This document shows positions 1-13,300 of a stretch of DNA of 64,000 bases, in pieces. Position numbers and translations under genes: made by a program. The stretch is from assembly GCA_020184695.1 (NCBI GenBank), contig JAANOX010000213.1, forward strand, positions 1,931 to 65,930, in the 5' to 3' direction. Under the pieces are notes generated by a model that saw only the letters and a program-made list of their open reading frames with translations, did not search any database and was not told the origin of the DNA. The first letter of the stretch is position 1, and each line of letters starts with the position of its first letter. The DNA comes from Histomonas meleagridis 2922-C6/04-290x (Eukaryota > Protista > Parabasalia).

Positions 1-1028
1 TGGTGAGTGCGAGACGGACCATTTTCCTTCTCCATGCGTTCTCGGAGACCACTGTCGAACATTGTGGTACCAGCAGAAGGGCAATGTTAGCGTAGAGATC
101 CTGCGGACATCGATCATCGCATGCCATGATGGGTTGAAGTTTTGGTCAGCCACCTTCAATTCTTGGCGTTCGAAGCCATTGCAGTGTGGCTTGAAAAGAA
201 GTTCTGGGCACCCTGAGGCGCTCGTTGCGCATGTAGTGACAGTTACTTCATCTGGAAGTGTGTATGAGATAGTCTGCAATCGGATGTTCGTGGCGGCCTT
301 GTTCATTTCTTCGTCAAAATCAAGTGCAACATATGCGAAATGCTTCTCACTTGATATACACGTACAATTTCCTTTTCGACGGATGTTGTGAAGGAAGTGT
401 AACCACGTTTCGTTAAGGATCTTTTTGGAGGTAGGCTGTGAGATCGACGACCGGCGAGGTTCGATGCGCATGATGAGCGTGTGGAAGGGAGTAGCTTCGT
501 AGGTGGAACTGTGTGGGAAAGCACCATCGCCTGCATCGGCAAACGATGACCGGTTGTACGACCACGATGAGTAAAAGGGAAAGAACTTGGCTTGGATACC
601 AACATAGGAATGCTGGAACGTTGAATGTTTCGGAGTGGAGTTGGATCATCTTTCACGATTAGCCTTTGCAGGTTTCGTGAAGGGCTTCTGCCAGAAGAAC
701 TGGGTGTTCAGCTGGATCAACCCGTAATTCGTTGTAGAAATGTGGCTGGGCGCCGGATCTTTTTCCATATCGTCCCGAGTTGGTAACGATACCGTGTTCA
801 GTTGTAGTACTTTCAGGATGAGGATACCGTGCCTTAGCACGTAGCTTCATCACACAACGCCATGTATCCTTGTTTTTGACCACCAGCGATTGTTTGGGAC
901 ATATCGCTGGACGACCAACAATTGATGGGAAAACTGGAGCGTGGTGCTTCATCACCAGCGAAACCATACGCTACATACCAGAACCATTATCGATCACTTA
1001 ATGTTTGAACTTCGATCTTTCAGACCAT
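1..1028 (-). pseudogene. ACT: Actin, parabasalid type; heavily frameshifted (pseudogene or unpolished sequence), 3' end runs off the window
   Basis: Minus-strand frames piece together M..EVQTLVIDNGSGM, VFPSIVGRP, HGIVTN, FYNELRVDPAEHPVLLAEA, KANRE, ETFNVPAF, GRTTG, KEIVR, YVALDFDEEM, GTTMFD..ERMEKE, in actin order. Indels occur every few tens of bases. GC is visibly higher than in the rest of the window. Confidence 0.93.
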
Positions 1029-1339
1029 TAGATGAAAGGTAAGGAAATAGAAAAATTAGATAATTACGGACATTGGTTTCACACAACGTTCACCTGATTG
1101 AAAAAGTTTACCTAACACCTCCACACGACCGAGTTTTCTTTGCTATAACCAACGGTTATTGTTCGCTTGGGAGCGTTTACAAACGGTTTAAAACTATGGA
1201 GCTCAAAAAGTTGAAGGGTTGGCCGTTAAATCTTAATCAAAGATCGAACACTAGGGTTAATTTTTGGTTCGCAGAAAGACAAAATAAACAAACAACTTCA
1301 ACGCAAAGATTCTTTCTATTGAAAAAAATATAATTTGGA

Positions 1340-4300
1340 ATGTCATATTGTGCGATTGCTCCCTCAAATCCACATTTATTAAATTAACGTTTTCCCCTTA
1401 TAAAGAAAACCGTAAATTCAACACAAAAGGTTGTAATATATCCTTATAAAGCTGAAGTTCTTCACATTATCAAGCCTGATAATACTAATCCAGGAGGATT
1501 TATTTATCCTTATTATGAGAATAGATCTTTATATATATATTTAAAAATTTTACAAAATGGTACTGCACCTGAAGGTTGGACTCCTAACTTTAAAATATTA
1601 AAGGAAATTGCTTCATTTATGAAAACTTTACATGAAAAAGGAATCATTCATGGTCGCTTAACTTCTTTTAACATATTTATCAGGGAAAATTTCAAACCAA
1701 TTATTTCAGATTATATGTTTTATAAAGTATTTCCGATCGACTACTTAAATGAATCACAAAAATACTCAAATGTTATTATTTACATGGCATCAGAAGTTCT
1801 ATCAAAGAATGAATATAAACAAGAACCAGATGTATATGCATTTGGGATTTTAATGTTACAACTTTTTACTTCTAATTATGATGTCTTTGCTCTAAGTGGA
1901 ATAACATATTATGACTAATATGAAGCGATATCACATAATGCAAAGCCTTTTATTCCAACAAAATTACCAAATGAAATTAAATCTCTTATTGATAGATGTT
2001 TAAATGAAGTACCAGAATCACGTCCATCTTTTAATGAAATAAAAGAAATATTATCAAATCTTTGTAAATCATCAACAAATCTGAATATTCCAACTTTTAT
2101 TGAATATAAATCAATGATTGTTCCATTAGAACAAAGTTTATCAAAGGATTTATTAGATAAGAAGGATCTTGCTGATCGTGGGAACATAGATGCAATGTTT
2201 CTTTATGGGGTTAAACGTTATGAAGAAGATCCAAAACCTCAAAACGAAGTAGAAAAGATGAAATGTATACAAAAGGCAGCAAACGAAGGGAATGAAGCTG
2301 CACATATATATTTACCTTCAATTGTAACTGAACAAGATGAAGTAAATGAATCTGATAATGTCGAAATAAAAACTGATAATATTAATCAAAAAGAAACTCA
2401 TGAAACCAAAGAAGATATCATTAGTTTATATTCTGATCCATATTTTATAGAAAACGAAACTAATTTCAAAGAAATTATAGAAAAAATACATGATAATGCA
2501 AATGTACCAACAAAAATTGATTTAAATGAGGAAGAACTTATTAAGCAAAACTTTATTTTTACTCAAGGTGCAAAAGAAAGATTATCGAAACTTTATGATT
2601 GTTTATCAGTAGGAATTCCAGTTGAATGTTCAACAGAAACATCTAAAACACTTAGTGCTGAAGTAGTATGTAAATTAATGAACAAAGAATTAATACGATT
2701 TAATTTAAGCTCAGAAACAAAGACTTGTGATTTATTAGGAAGATATGTAGGTGAAACAAATTCATGGGCAGGAATTATAGTCAAACCAGGACATTTTTAC
2801 AAGCATTTTCTGAAGGTTAATGTTTATTATTAGATGAAATTAATTTGGCTTCATTTTCAGTATTACAATGTATTGAAGAAGCACTTGATAGTGGTGTAAT
2901 TAGTGTAGAAATTTATGGAATGCTATTAAAGGCTATTAATATACATCCTGAATTTAGACTCATAACAACACAAAATCCAAATAAAGGATTATTCGCTAAC
3001 AAAAGACAAGATTTAGGGATTAAATTTTTATCTCGATTCCAAATAATTAATTTCCCACAATTTACTCAATGTGTAAAACTCAATTAGCAAAATGGGTCTC
3101 AGAATGGTATGATAAAAGAAATGAAAAAGATATAGAAGCAAAACCAAAAGAATTCTTTTGTATGTGTACAGAAGAAAAAAATGTTCAGATTTAATAGGAA
3201 AGCAAAAACCAATTGAAAATGCTGATGCTGGAGAAGAATTAATTCAATGGAAACCAGGATTCCTTACACAAGCAATTCAAGATGGTAAATGTGCTGTACT
3301 TGATTCTGTTGATGAAGCTCCAGCAACTGTAACCGAAAGATTAAATAGTCTTTTAGATCAAAAATATGATGGAGTCCAAAAGATGTTTGATATTCCTGAA
3401 AATCCTCAAAAAAATTAAATTCCAATTGATCCGAATTTTAGACTTATATGTACATGTGATATTGAAAAAATGTATTTAATATCACCTGCATTCTTAAATA
3501 GATTTGATGTAATTGTATTAGAAAATCAATTAGATGATTTAGATGAAGGAAAGAAAAAAGAATTAATAGAAAAATTAATGGAAAGATATTATAAATTCAA
3601 AGGACAACCTCAAGAAAATTTAAATTATGATCAAGATCAGGACGATGATGATGACGATATATTACTATTAATAGTAATAAATGAAAATGAAGAAGATAAT
3701 AATGAAGAAAATAGTCGTGATGATAACAATGAAGATTCAAATAATATATTTGGTGGAGAGTCTGATGATTCAGATGATGATAAAAATGAATCAAATATTA
3801 ATATATCCAATCAAAGTAATGATATCAAAAATCAATTCAGGTAACTCTCGAATTAGTAGATCTTGTATATCAAAGTTTTTCAAATTCTTCGATGACAATA
3901 TATTTGGCTTGGTTTTTTATGCAAAGCAGTTGTAATATATTATAATATATTATAAAATATTACAAGATGTATTCAGTGAAGATTTTTCACAAAATGATAT
4001 TGTTGAATTTGCAATTAATATCTTAAAGAAAAATGAAGATTTCCAAATATGAAAATTCAAGGATATTTATTATCATTATTAAATCAAACATCTTCAACAA
4101 ATGATGATAATCAATTCTTTTTTGAAGATTCACCACCTCTTTGTGAATTTATTACAAAGATATTTGCTGCATCATTAATTGGATTGCCTGTATGTGTTTC
4201 AGGTCCAACTGGTGCAGGAAAAACATCTGCAGCTCGAGCATTTGGATTAATTCGTCCAATTGAAACAAGAAATAATGTTCATTTTCTAATGCATTAATTT

Positions 4301-7300
4301 CATGCAGGAACGAAACCAAATCATTTTTATGATACACCTACAATTAAGAATGGAAGAGTTATATTTTATAATGGAACTTTAACAAATTCAATGAAAGATA
4401 GTTTAACTTTTATTGCAGATGAAATGAATTTATCAACAACAGGATGTATGAAAACTTTAGCACCTGCATTAGAACCAAGTTTAGGAGGAAGAATATTTAT
4501 TCCTTGTGTTGGAGAATCGATTTTTGTTAATGATAATTTCTTTTTCATAGCTTGTCAAAATGAACTTAATACAAAGGGACGTAATGCGATTCCTGATTCA
4601 ATTGCATCACGATTTAGATATTTTAATTATCCAGAGCAAACAGAAAATGATATATCTAATATATGTGCCGACATAGAAAAAAGTTGTTATAAAAAAGGTG
4701 AACAAATGATAATACTTAATGATATAAATTCAAAAAGAATTGGAAAATATATGATCGAATTAAATAAATTAAAACCAAGTATTATTCCACCTTGGTCATT
4801 ACGCGATATAACCAAATTATTTATACGTGTTCATCAGCAAGATTTAAATTCTAATAATTATCATAATTTAACATTTTATCATCAAGTGTTATTTTATACA
4901 TTATCACCTGCTAATGAAAATGATATCAAAGATATTTTCGATGATATACTAAAATTAATTGTTAAAATATTCGAAATAATAAGTGCTGAACTAAGAAATG
5001 AATTAAGAGAATGTTATTTTGCGACACCTGAAATAAAGCCTATAGATAAAAAAGGAATTTTTATAATGAAAGGTAACACAGGAATTTCTCTTGAATCAAT
5101 ACCTTTAAAGATGGAAAAAGAAAGTTTAAATGAATTAGAATCTTTATTAAATAGTGCATTTCAATTATTATTATTAACAGATCCTTCAGAACCAATTTTA
5201 TTAAATGGTAATTCTGGAAGACATTTTTAGCACAACAATTTTTATATGATGCTAAAGTAATTACATTAAATCAAGAATCAACAGTATCACAATTATTAGG
5301 TTCTTCAGGTTTCTTCACGAATACTGAAGCCAAATTATTTTATTTAGATCATATATGTAAAATGTGTCGTTTAGATTATTTAGATCTACAAAAGAAATTA
5401 TTAAATAAAATTTTAACAAAAGAAGAAATTATAGAATTAACAAATAACCGAAAAAAATGCTTCCACATTCATTTCATTATGCAATTGTACATTTAATAGA
5501 TAAATTATTTTTAGAAGAAAAAGAAAATAATTGTGGAATATCAAATATTATTCTTGAATTCCGACCAGGATTATTCTTATCTGCAATACTTGAAAGGAAA
5601 TCATTAATCTTAAAGAATTTATCAAATATTCCAACAATCGTTTTAGAGAGATTTAATGAATTGTTTTCAGGTAAACATAATTTAACATTAAATGAAGATA
5701 TTCATAACACTTTTACACCTGATAATAATAAAGAATTCACAAACTTTAATCAAAGTTTCAGAGTTATAGGTACATGTCCAAAAAATTCACCTTCAAAATT
5801 ATCAGAAGCAGTTTTATCACGTTTTACTGTTGTTGCAGTTCCTGAATATAAATCTACAGAACAAACAAAAGTACTTAAAAGTTATATAAGAATTAATTAA
5901 TTAGATTGTAAAGATACAGAAATTGAATTACTTCAAATGTTCTCAGAAGAATTTAATGCACAATTTAAGCAACATTTTAGATTCTCACAAATGCTTAAAT
6001 CGATTGAAATGTTAAGTTCATTATCAAGTAATAATATAATCGAAAATCATGATATACAATATAATCTCGGATTAATTATATATCGATTATGTTCAGGTTT
6101 ATTAGAACATCAAAAACAAAGAGAAGATCTCATCGATTTATTTGATAACTTAAATATTAATTTACCAACAACATTACAAAACTTTAATGAAAACCCACTT
6201 GAAAATTGTGAAGAGAATCATTATCAAGGATATAAATCTAAAATAACTGGTTTCTTTATAGAAAATACACATGAATATCATGAAAATCCAAAAATTGCAT
6301 TTACTGGAAAATTCACAGAAATGGTTGATGTTCTTCATTTAGGATTAATTACACATACGCCAGTAATATTTGAAGGTAAGCCAGGGCAAGGTAAACAAAC
6401 AGCAATTAATTACATTGCAAATCTTTTAGGTTTTGAAGTTGTAAATATAATTATATCACAATCAACAAAAGTTGATGATCTTTTAGGTAAAATTACTATT
6501 AAAAGAGATGAAGATAATCAACTTCATATTGAAATGATTGAAACAAAACTTGTTAAAGCAATTAAATCAAATCAATCGAATTTCATTATTGTATTCCATA
6601 ATATCAATAATGCATCACCTGCTGTTTTAGAAGTAATGATAAGTATTTTTGATACTAATCAAAAACATGTTTTATTACCAAATGGTTCAACATTAGAAAA
6701 AGGTAAAATGAATCTTGTTGCAATATTTAATCCACAAAATGGATTTTCTAATCATTTACCTTCTTCATTAATGTTTTCATCTATTTATCATATAGTATTT
6801 AATCCAAAGAATGAAGATGTTTCTGATATAGTTTTAAAGCAATTTGATGGATTACCATATTTTGATGAAGCTCCTTTATTTTATGATCAATATTTAAAGA
6901 CAAATAATATTTGTCATGAATCAAATATAACTCAAAACATGACATTAAATGATATAGGTAAATATATATTATTTAGAAATGTAACATTTAAATCATTTGA
7001 TAAAATAATAGTATCACAAATGTTATTTGCATATCGTTTTATTCAAGAAGAATTTATTCAACAAGTTTTATCAAAACTTGATATGAATGATATGAAATTT
7101 AATCCTGTTTTTATATATAATATTCAAGCTAAAGAATTAAATATTCGTTTATCTCAAGATAGCAAAACTGGAATTATATTACCAATTATACCAGAAAATA
7201 TAAATCAAGAAGAAATACAACCAATCATAGGTTGTTTAACACTTCCTGAAAAACATTGCTTATTATTTTTGGCTTGTTCTTATCTTGCTAATCGTACATG

Positions 7301-10300
7301 TGTTATCAAAGGTGGTACAGCATCTGGGAAATCACACACAATCAGATTATTTGCTAAAATGCTTGGTAGGAAACTTAATGTATATCAAATGAATGCTGAT
7401 ACAGGAATTTCAATTTTAACAGGACAATCTATACTTGACAATAAAATATCTAATGATGATATAAGATTATTAACAGAAGCATTTGGAAAACTTTATGGTT
7501 TTAAAGAATTGAAGAATTATATTTATAATAATATTAGTAAAAATCCAAAAGATTGGACACCTAAAGATTTCAAAAATCTTCTTTCAGAAATAAAACAATT
7601 TAAACAAAACGCAAATAATCTTACAGAAGATGATAATAAACTTATTAAAGAAGTAGAAAATACTATTAAAGAATCAATTCAACCTGCTAAAAGATTTAAA
7701 CATGAATCATCAACTATTATTAAAGCAATTCAAAATGGAGAAATGGTTTTAATTGATGGAATTGAATCAGCGCCACCAGAAATAGCAGAAAAAATTTCTT
7801 CACTTTGTGGTGATGAACCAGAACTTAATTTATATGAATGTGGTCAAGAAAATTATTTCTCTAAAAAAGAAGGAACAATTCATAAAGATTTTCGTTTAAT
7901 TGTCACATATAATCCAACTTCAACAAATGAAAACAAAACTATTGATCAATCATTCTTAAATAAATGTGTTTCATTTACATTACCACCAATCGATTCTAGT
8001 GTAGAATCTTCAGCACAAATTTTATTTGGTTCTTTAATTAAGAATTTATATCCACAAAAACTTTCAATTGAAATAGGTGCAAGAATGGCACTTATGCATG
8101 CATTTGCTAAAAACGAAAGTGAAGCTGATCATGATTCATTTGCAGGTGATATCGAATTCACTGGAAGAACATTAAGATTTATTATACTTAACTTCATTAA
8201 GCATCAAAAAGATTACAAAGAAAATTGTTCTGAGAATATTTATCTACCTGTTTGTAAATCAATGAAAGTATATTGGAATTCATATGTTGATCAAAATAAG
8301 AAACAAGAATTCCAAAATAAAATGATAAAGAGTTTTGCTGATGAACCTTTGCAAGATTTAAGATCAAAAATTAACTTTTCAAACGTTAAAAATCGTAATG
8401 AAAAATTATTATATTATCTTCGTAACATTCAAATATACTTTAAAGAACAAAAACTTCCTGAAGATTTTTCATTTTATTCTATTGTTAAAAATTCTAATTT
8501 TGTACAAATAATTGATAATGAAACTATTCAATATCATATTAATGATACAATAGAATTAATGAATAAATTGATAATTATTAAACAAAAGATTAAATATATA
8601 TATGGAAAATTTTATACAATTAATATAATTTCGAAAATATTTCAAGAGATAAATAAAGGACTTAAAGAAATTCATAATTCAACAATTTCAAATTTACCTC
8701 TTCAAGATAATGATTTACTTTCATTAAGGAGTATTCGTAAACCAATATCAAAATTACGGTTATTAACTCGATTTGCTGAAGAAAATTCAAAATGTTTCAC
8801 AAAATATGTTCCATATGAATTAGCTAAACCTGATTTACTTGAAATTATTAAAATTATGAACATAATGACAATTAATTATGATCTAAAAATATTTAATTTA
8901 TTTGTTTTAAATTTGAAAAAATATGAAAGGTTAATACCTATAATTGACAAAATATTTCCATATAATAAATTTGTTTCTACACCATTTGAAAATATTTGTT
9001 ATTGGTTACCATTATTTAATGATTTATATCAAGCAAAAATAAGTTTTACAATTGTTGTTGAAAATGATACTTATGAATTTAAGTCTAAAAATAATATTCT
9101 TCATCCAAAATTTGTTTTTAATCAAGCAAAAACATTATTATTATCAAAAGAAACAAATATAAACATAAAAGATATGAACGTATTTTCAATTAAACAAAAA
9201 GATATTAATTCAAGTTCGTATAATAAAAAGAATTTAGCAGTTTATGGACTTTGCAAAGATGTAATAAAAGCACAAAAAATTACTCAAAAATATATTAAAG
9301 AAAGAATGAATACATATATGAGTTCTGTCATAGAAAACCCACGAAAAAATCAATTTGGACAATTATCATCATTGTTTAGTTATGAGCAATCACCTTTAAT
9401 TAGTAATCTTTGGACTTTAATATTTACATTTTCAAAAGAAGAAATTCCCGAAATTGGACAAATTTTACATCCTCTTGAAGAAGAAATGCTGATAACACTT
9501 TCATTCGTGTTTGATAAAATAGAAACATATGAAAACTTCGATATGATTATGAATTTCTCAAAAGCTTTACTTAATTTCGGAGATCCCTATTCAATATTAT
9601 GGAGAATTATGGGAAATATTTATACAAATAATCAATATACTGAAATGAACACTGCTAAAAATGAAATTTCTAAAATTGATCAAGAAATTTCAGCCATTAA
9701 AAATGTTATATTTGATGATAAATCAATTTGGAACCCTGAGCCTTATATAGAATTACTTGAAAATGCCAAAGTACCATTAAACAATATAATAAATGAAATA
9801 TATAATCAAAACGTAATATTTAAACTTCAACAAAACTTTGAAAATCTTCGAAAAAAGATTCAAAATATTAATGTTGAAAAGAAAGAACTTAAAAGTATTC
9901 GTAATCATATTATAAAATACTTAAATGAAACTTCTAAAAATAATCCGACTGAAGAAAATTATAATAAATGTGTACAAAGTGTTACTGATTTTATAGAATA
10001 TATTGAGAAAGTTGATAATTCAACTGTGACTAATTCAATAATATGGCCTATTTATTCATCTGATATTGTAAGTAAGGTTCGAACTAATTATATTAAAATT
10101 TATGAGCATCTTATTTGGTATTCTAAGATTTATGATATTTTTGAAAAAATTACTGATAAAAAAAATAAAAACATTGTTCATTCTATATATGACTTAAATA
10201 ATTTCCCAGAAATGAAAAGTGTACATCAATTATTATTTAGTCGTTTCTTAAAAGATGGAACAGGAATTCAAGCAGAAGATACTGATATAATGTATTCAAC

Positions 10301-13300
10301 ATTAAATGCAGCTTTTATTTATAAAATGCATCAAGATAAACTTGATAACTATATCTTCAAACTTGATGAATTATTAAATAAATTAGCAGATAGAAATGAA
10401 AAAGATGAAAGGGAAATACAATGGGCTTATAAAATTGCTAATGAATTTCATCCAATGTTTGTCATTTATTTACCAAAGTTTAAAGCTAAAGATATTATAT
10501 TTATGTTTATTAATCTTCCAAATGATAACGAAGCTAAAAATGGAATTTTTACACAAAATTGTGACTTTGCAAGTATTTTTGATGCTTTAAGAAAAGTTAA
10601 TTATCAACGATTTGAAAATATGTCGAAATGCGCAATAGAAATTGCTGGGACAATATATCGTAATTTATATGATATGAAATTTGAACCACCAACTAAACTT
10701 GAAGAAATTAAAGAATTAATAAATCGAAAAATTACATATAAGAAAAATCAAGAACAAACATTACTTAACAATGTTTTATATATGTTTGATGTTGCTGAAG
10801 AATTTGATAAAACTAAATCTTTTCATCTTGAATTTGATGATATTGAATTTATAAAACCAGAACCAAATAATTGGAAAACTAATCATGATTTTATTAACAA
10901 TTATCCATCATTAATTTATTGGTTATGTAAAAATCAAAAATGTGCACAACAAATTCAAACAATTTATTCATCACAAAAATTAGAAGAAGATAAACTTCCA
11001 CTTTGGATTCTTGTTTTAAGAATTATTTCTTCAATTAATGTGGTTGTTTTTGATGTAAAACAAAATACAACAACAAGTAAAAAAATAAAAGAAATTCTTC
11101 ATGAAAAAGTGCATGAAACAATTATTCATAAATTATCAAAACATAAAGAAATAGGAACGGTATGGTTAAATCTTTTATTACCAACAGTACCACCAGAATT
11201 TGTTGAACAAAACACAAGATTATTAAATGGATTTTTACTATCATTATCAAATGATAAATATTCACATATAGCTTTAAGTGATATAAAATATCAAAATATT
11301 GATACATTCATTACAAATACAATTAAATTAATATTTAAATCTAATTTTGATGAAATTGTTAATTCTAATATTAGTGATTCAAATAATGTACTACAATTTA
11401 TTATTGATCCAAATAAATTTATTAAACATCAAATTGGTGAAATTAAAGATGAAAAAATAAATGAAATTGGTAGTAATAAAAAGACAATTAATCTAAAGGA
11501 ATTCATAGTAAATATGAATGAAAAGTTTCCACAAATTTTTGATAATTTAAGGAATACAATTATGGTTGCTAAAGAAAATAAGAAAACAAAATACATCGAA
11601 AAAAGAAAGATTGAAGATACAAAACAAAGGGAAGACATGATTAAAGAATTAACTGAAAAAATTGATAAATATAACGAATTATTATCATTAGAGAAATTCG
11701 AAACTAAACAGTATAAGAAATTGAATGAGATTAAAGAATATTTTGAAAATAATTATCCATCAATTTTTGATTCTTCGACCACCAAAGAAATAACAATAGC
11801 AATTATATCGAAATATGGCTCTGGCAATATTAAAGAAAACATTAAATTTTATTATATCCAAAAAGAAATTAAATATGATGATCTTATTCCAATTATAACA
11901 GAAGAATCATATGAAAAAACTGTACCTAAAATTATTTTTGGAAAGAACATTGAATGTGATGATTTCTTGAAATCTCTTTCAGGTTTTAATGAAAAATGTC
12001 AAAAAGAAACACAAAAATTATTTGATGAATTAGAAAATTCTAAAATGAATGATAACACATTCAAAATACCCGAAAAATTATTAAATATTATAAATGATTT
12101 TATAAAGAATTTAACTGCTCAATTTACAGATGGTGAAAAATGCAATGAAATTCATAAAGAAATAACTGAATTACTTAAAACATTCAAGCAATTAAAGATA
12201 TATCTTGAAGAATTTGATTCTTACATTAAAATCAAAATTAAGAAGTTTTTGAATGATGTTAATTCCAATTTATCACAACCAATGTTTTCATATACATATA
12301 AAATACCATTTCCTTCACAGACTCCTGAAAGGTATCATCCATCATTTAATAACATAACTGATTCTAATTTCTTTTCTACACCAATATTAAATGTTTCACC
12401 AGAAGGAGATATTCAATGTTGTTATAAATCACTTAGTTGCTTAATTGGGCCAATAGTTCCATCATTATATGAAGGAAACATTGCAATTAATTTTATTTCA
12501 TTTATTGATGAAGAATTTTCAATCGATATTGAAACAGAAGAAAAAGAATATGCAAATATTTTTTATGTAAGAAATAATATTAAACCAGGAGAAAATGTAC
12601 AAATACTTTTATCATTCCCACTTCTTTTAAATAATGATATCACTGATTTAGAAATTTCAGGAAATATTCATTTTACTTCAAAGTCATATAATGAGTTAAT
12701 TCTTCCATGTACTTTTAACTTCAAATTGGTTCCATTATCTTTACTTATTGAATGTAAAGAATATGATTTGTCGTATATTAAAGATAATATCTATCACTTA
12801 TGTTGTAAAGAAATTTTATCAAAATCTACAATTTCATTTGAAGTTAAGAATTATTATATCGATAAAGAATTAAAATATATTGTTAGTGTAGAAAATCTTG
12901 AAGGTAATACATCAGATAAACCCCAAATTTTAAATCAAAAAGAACATTTTTATATCAATTTACCTTCTGTTACTGAAATGAAAAGACTTAATTGTAATGT
13001 TTATATAGCATTCTCAGCGAATTTTATAATAACAATTCATATTGATACAATATTAATACCATTTGATTTTGATTTTGAAATTTATGATTTCTCTACAAAA
13101 AGATTTGCAAAGAAAATATACTTATATTATTCATCAATGGAAAAAATTTTTAATCTTCCTTTGCATTGTAAAATAATTGGAAGACCACATATTGGAAATA
13201 TAAATGCTAAATTCATAAAATCTCTTCCAAATGCTGCACAGATTAAGGAAAATATAAGCGAAATTAATTTTGAAGAAATAACAGAATTTACATTAAATTT

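Noticed and set aside
62-967. ORF-track proteins 62-391, 303-656, 413-649, 646-840 and 659-967 as separate genes
   Set aside because: They are frame fragments or the antisense shadow of the single actin sequence.
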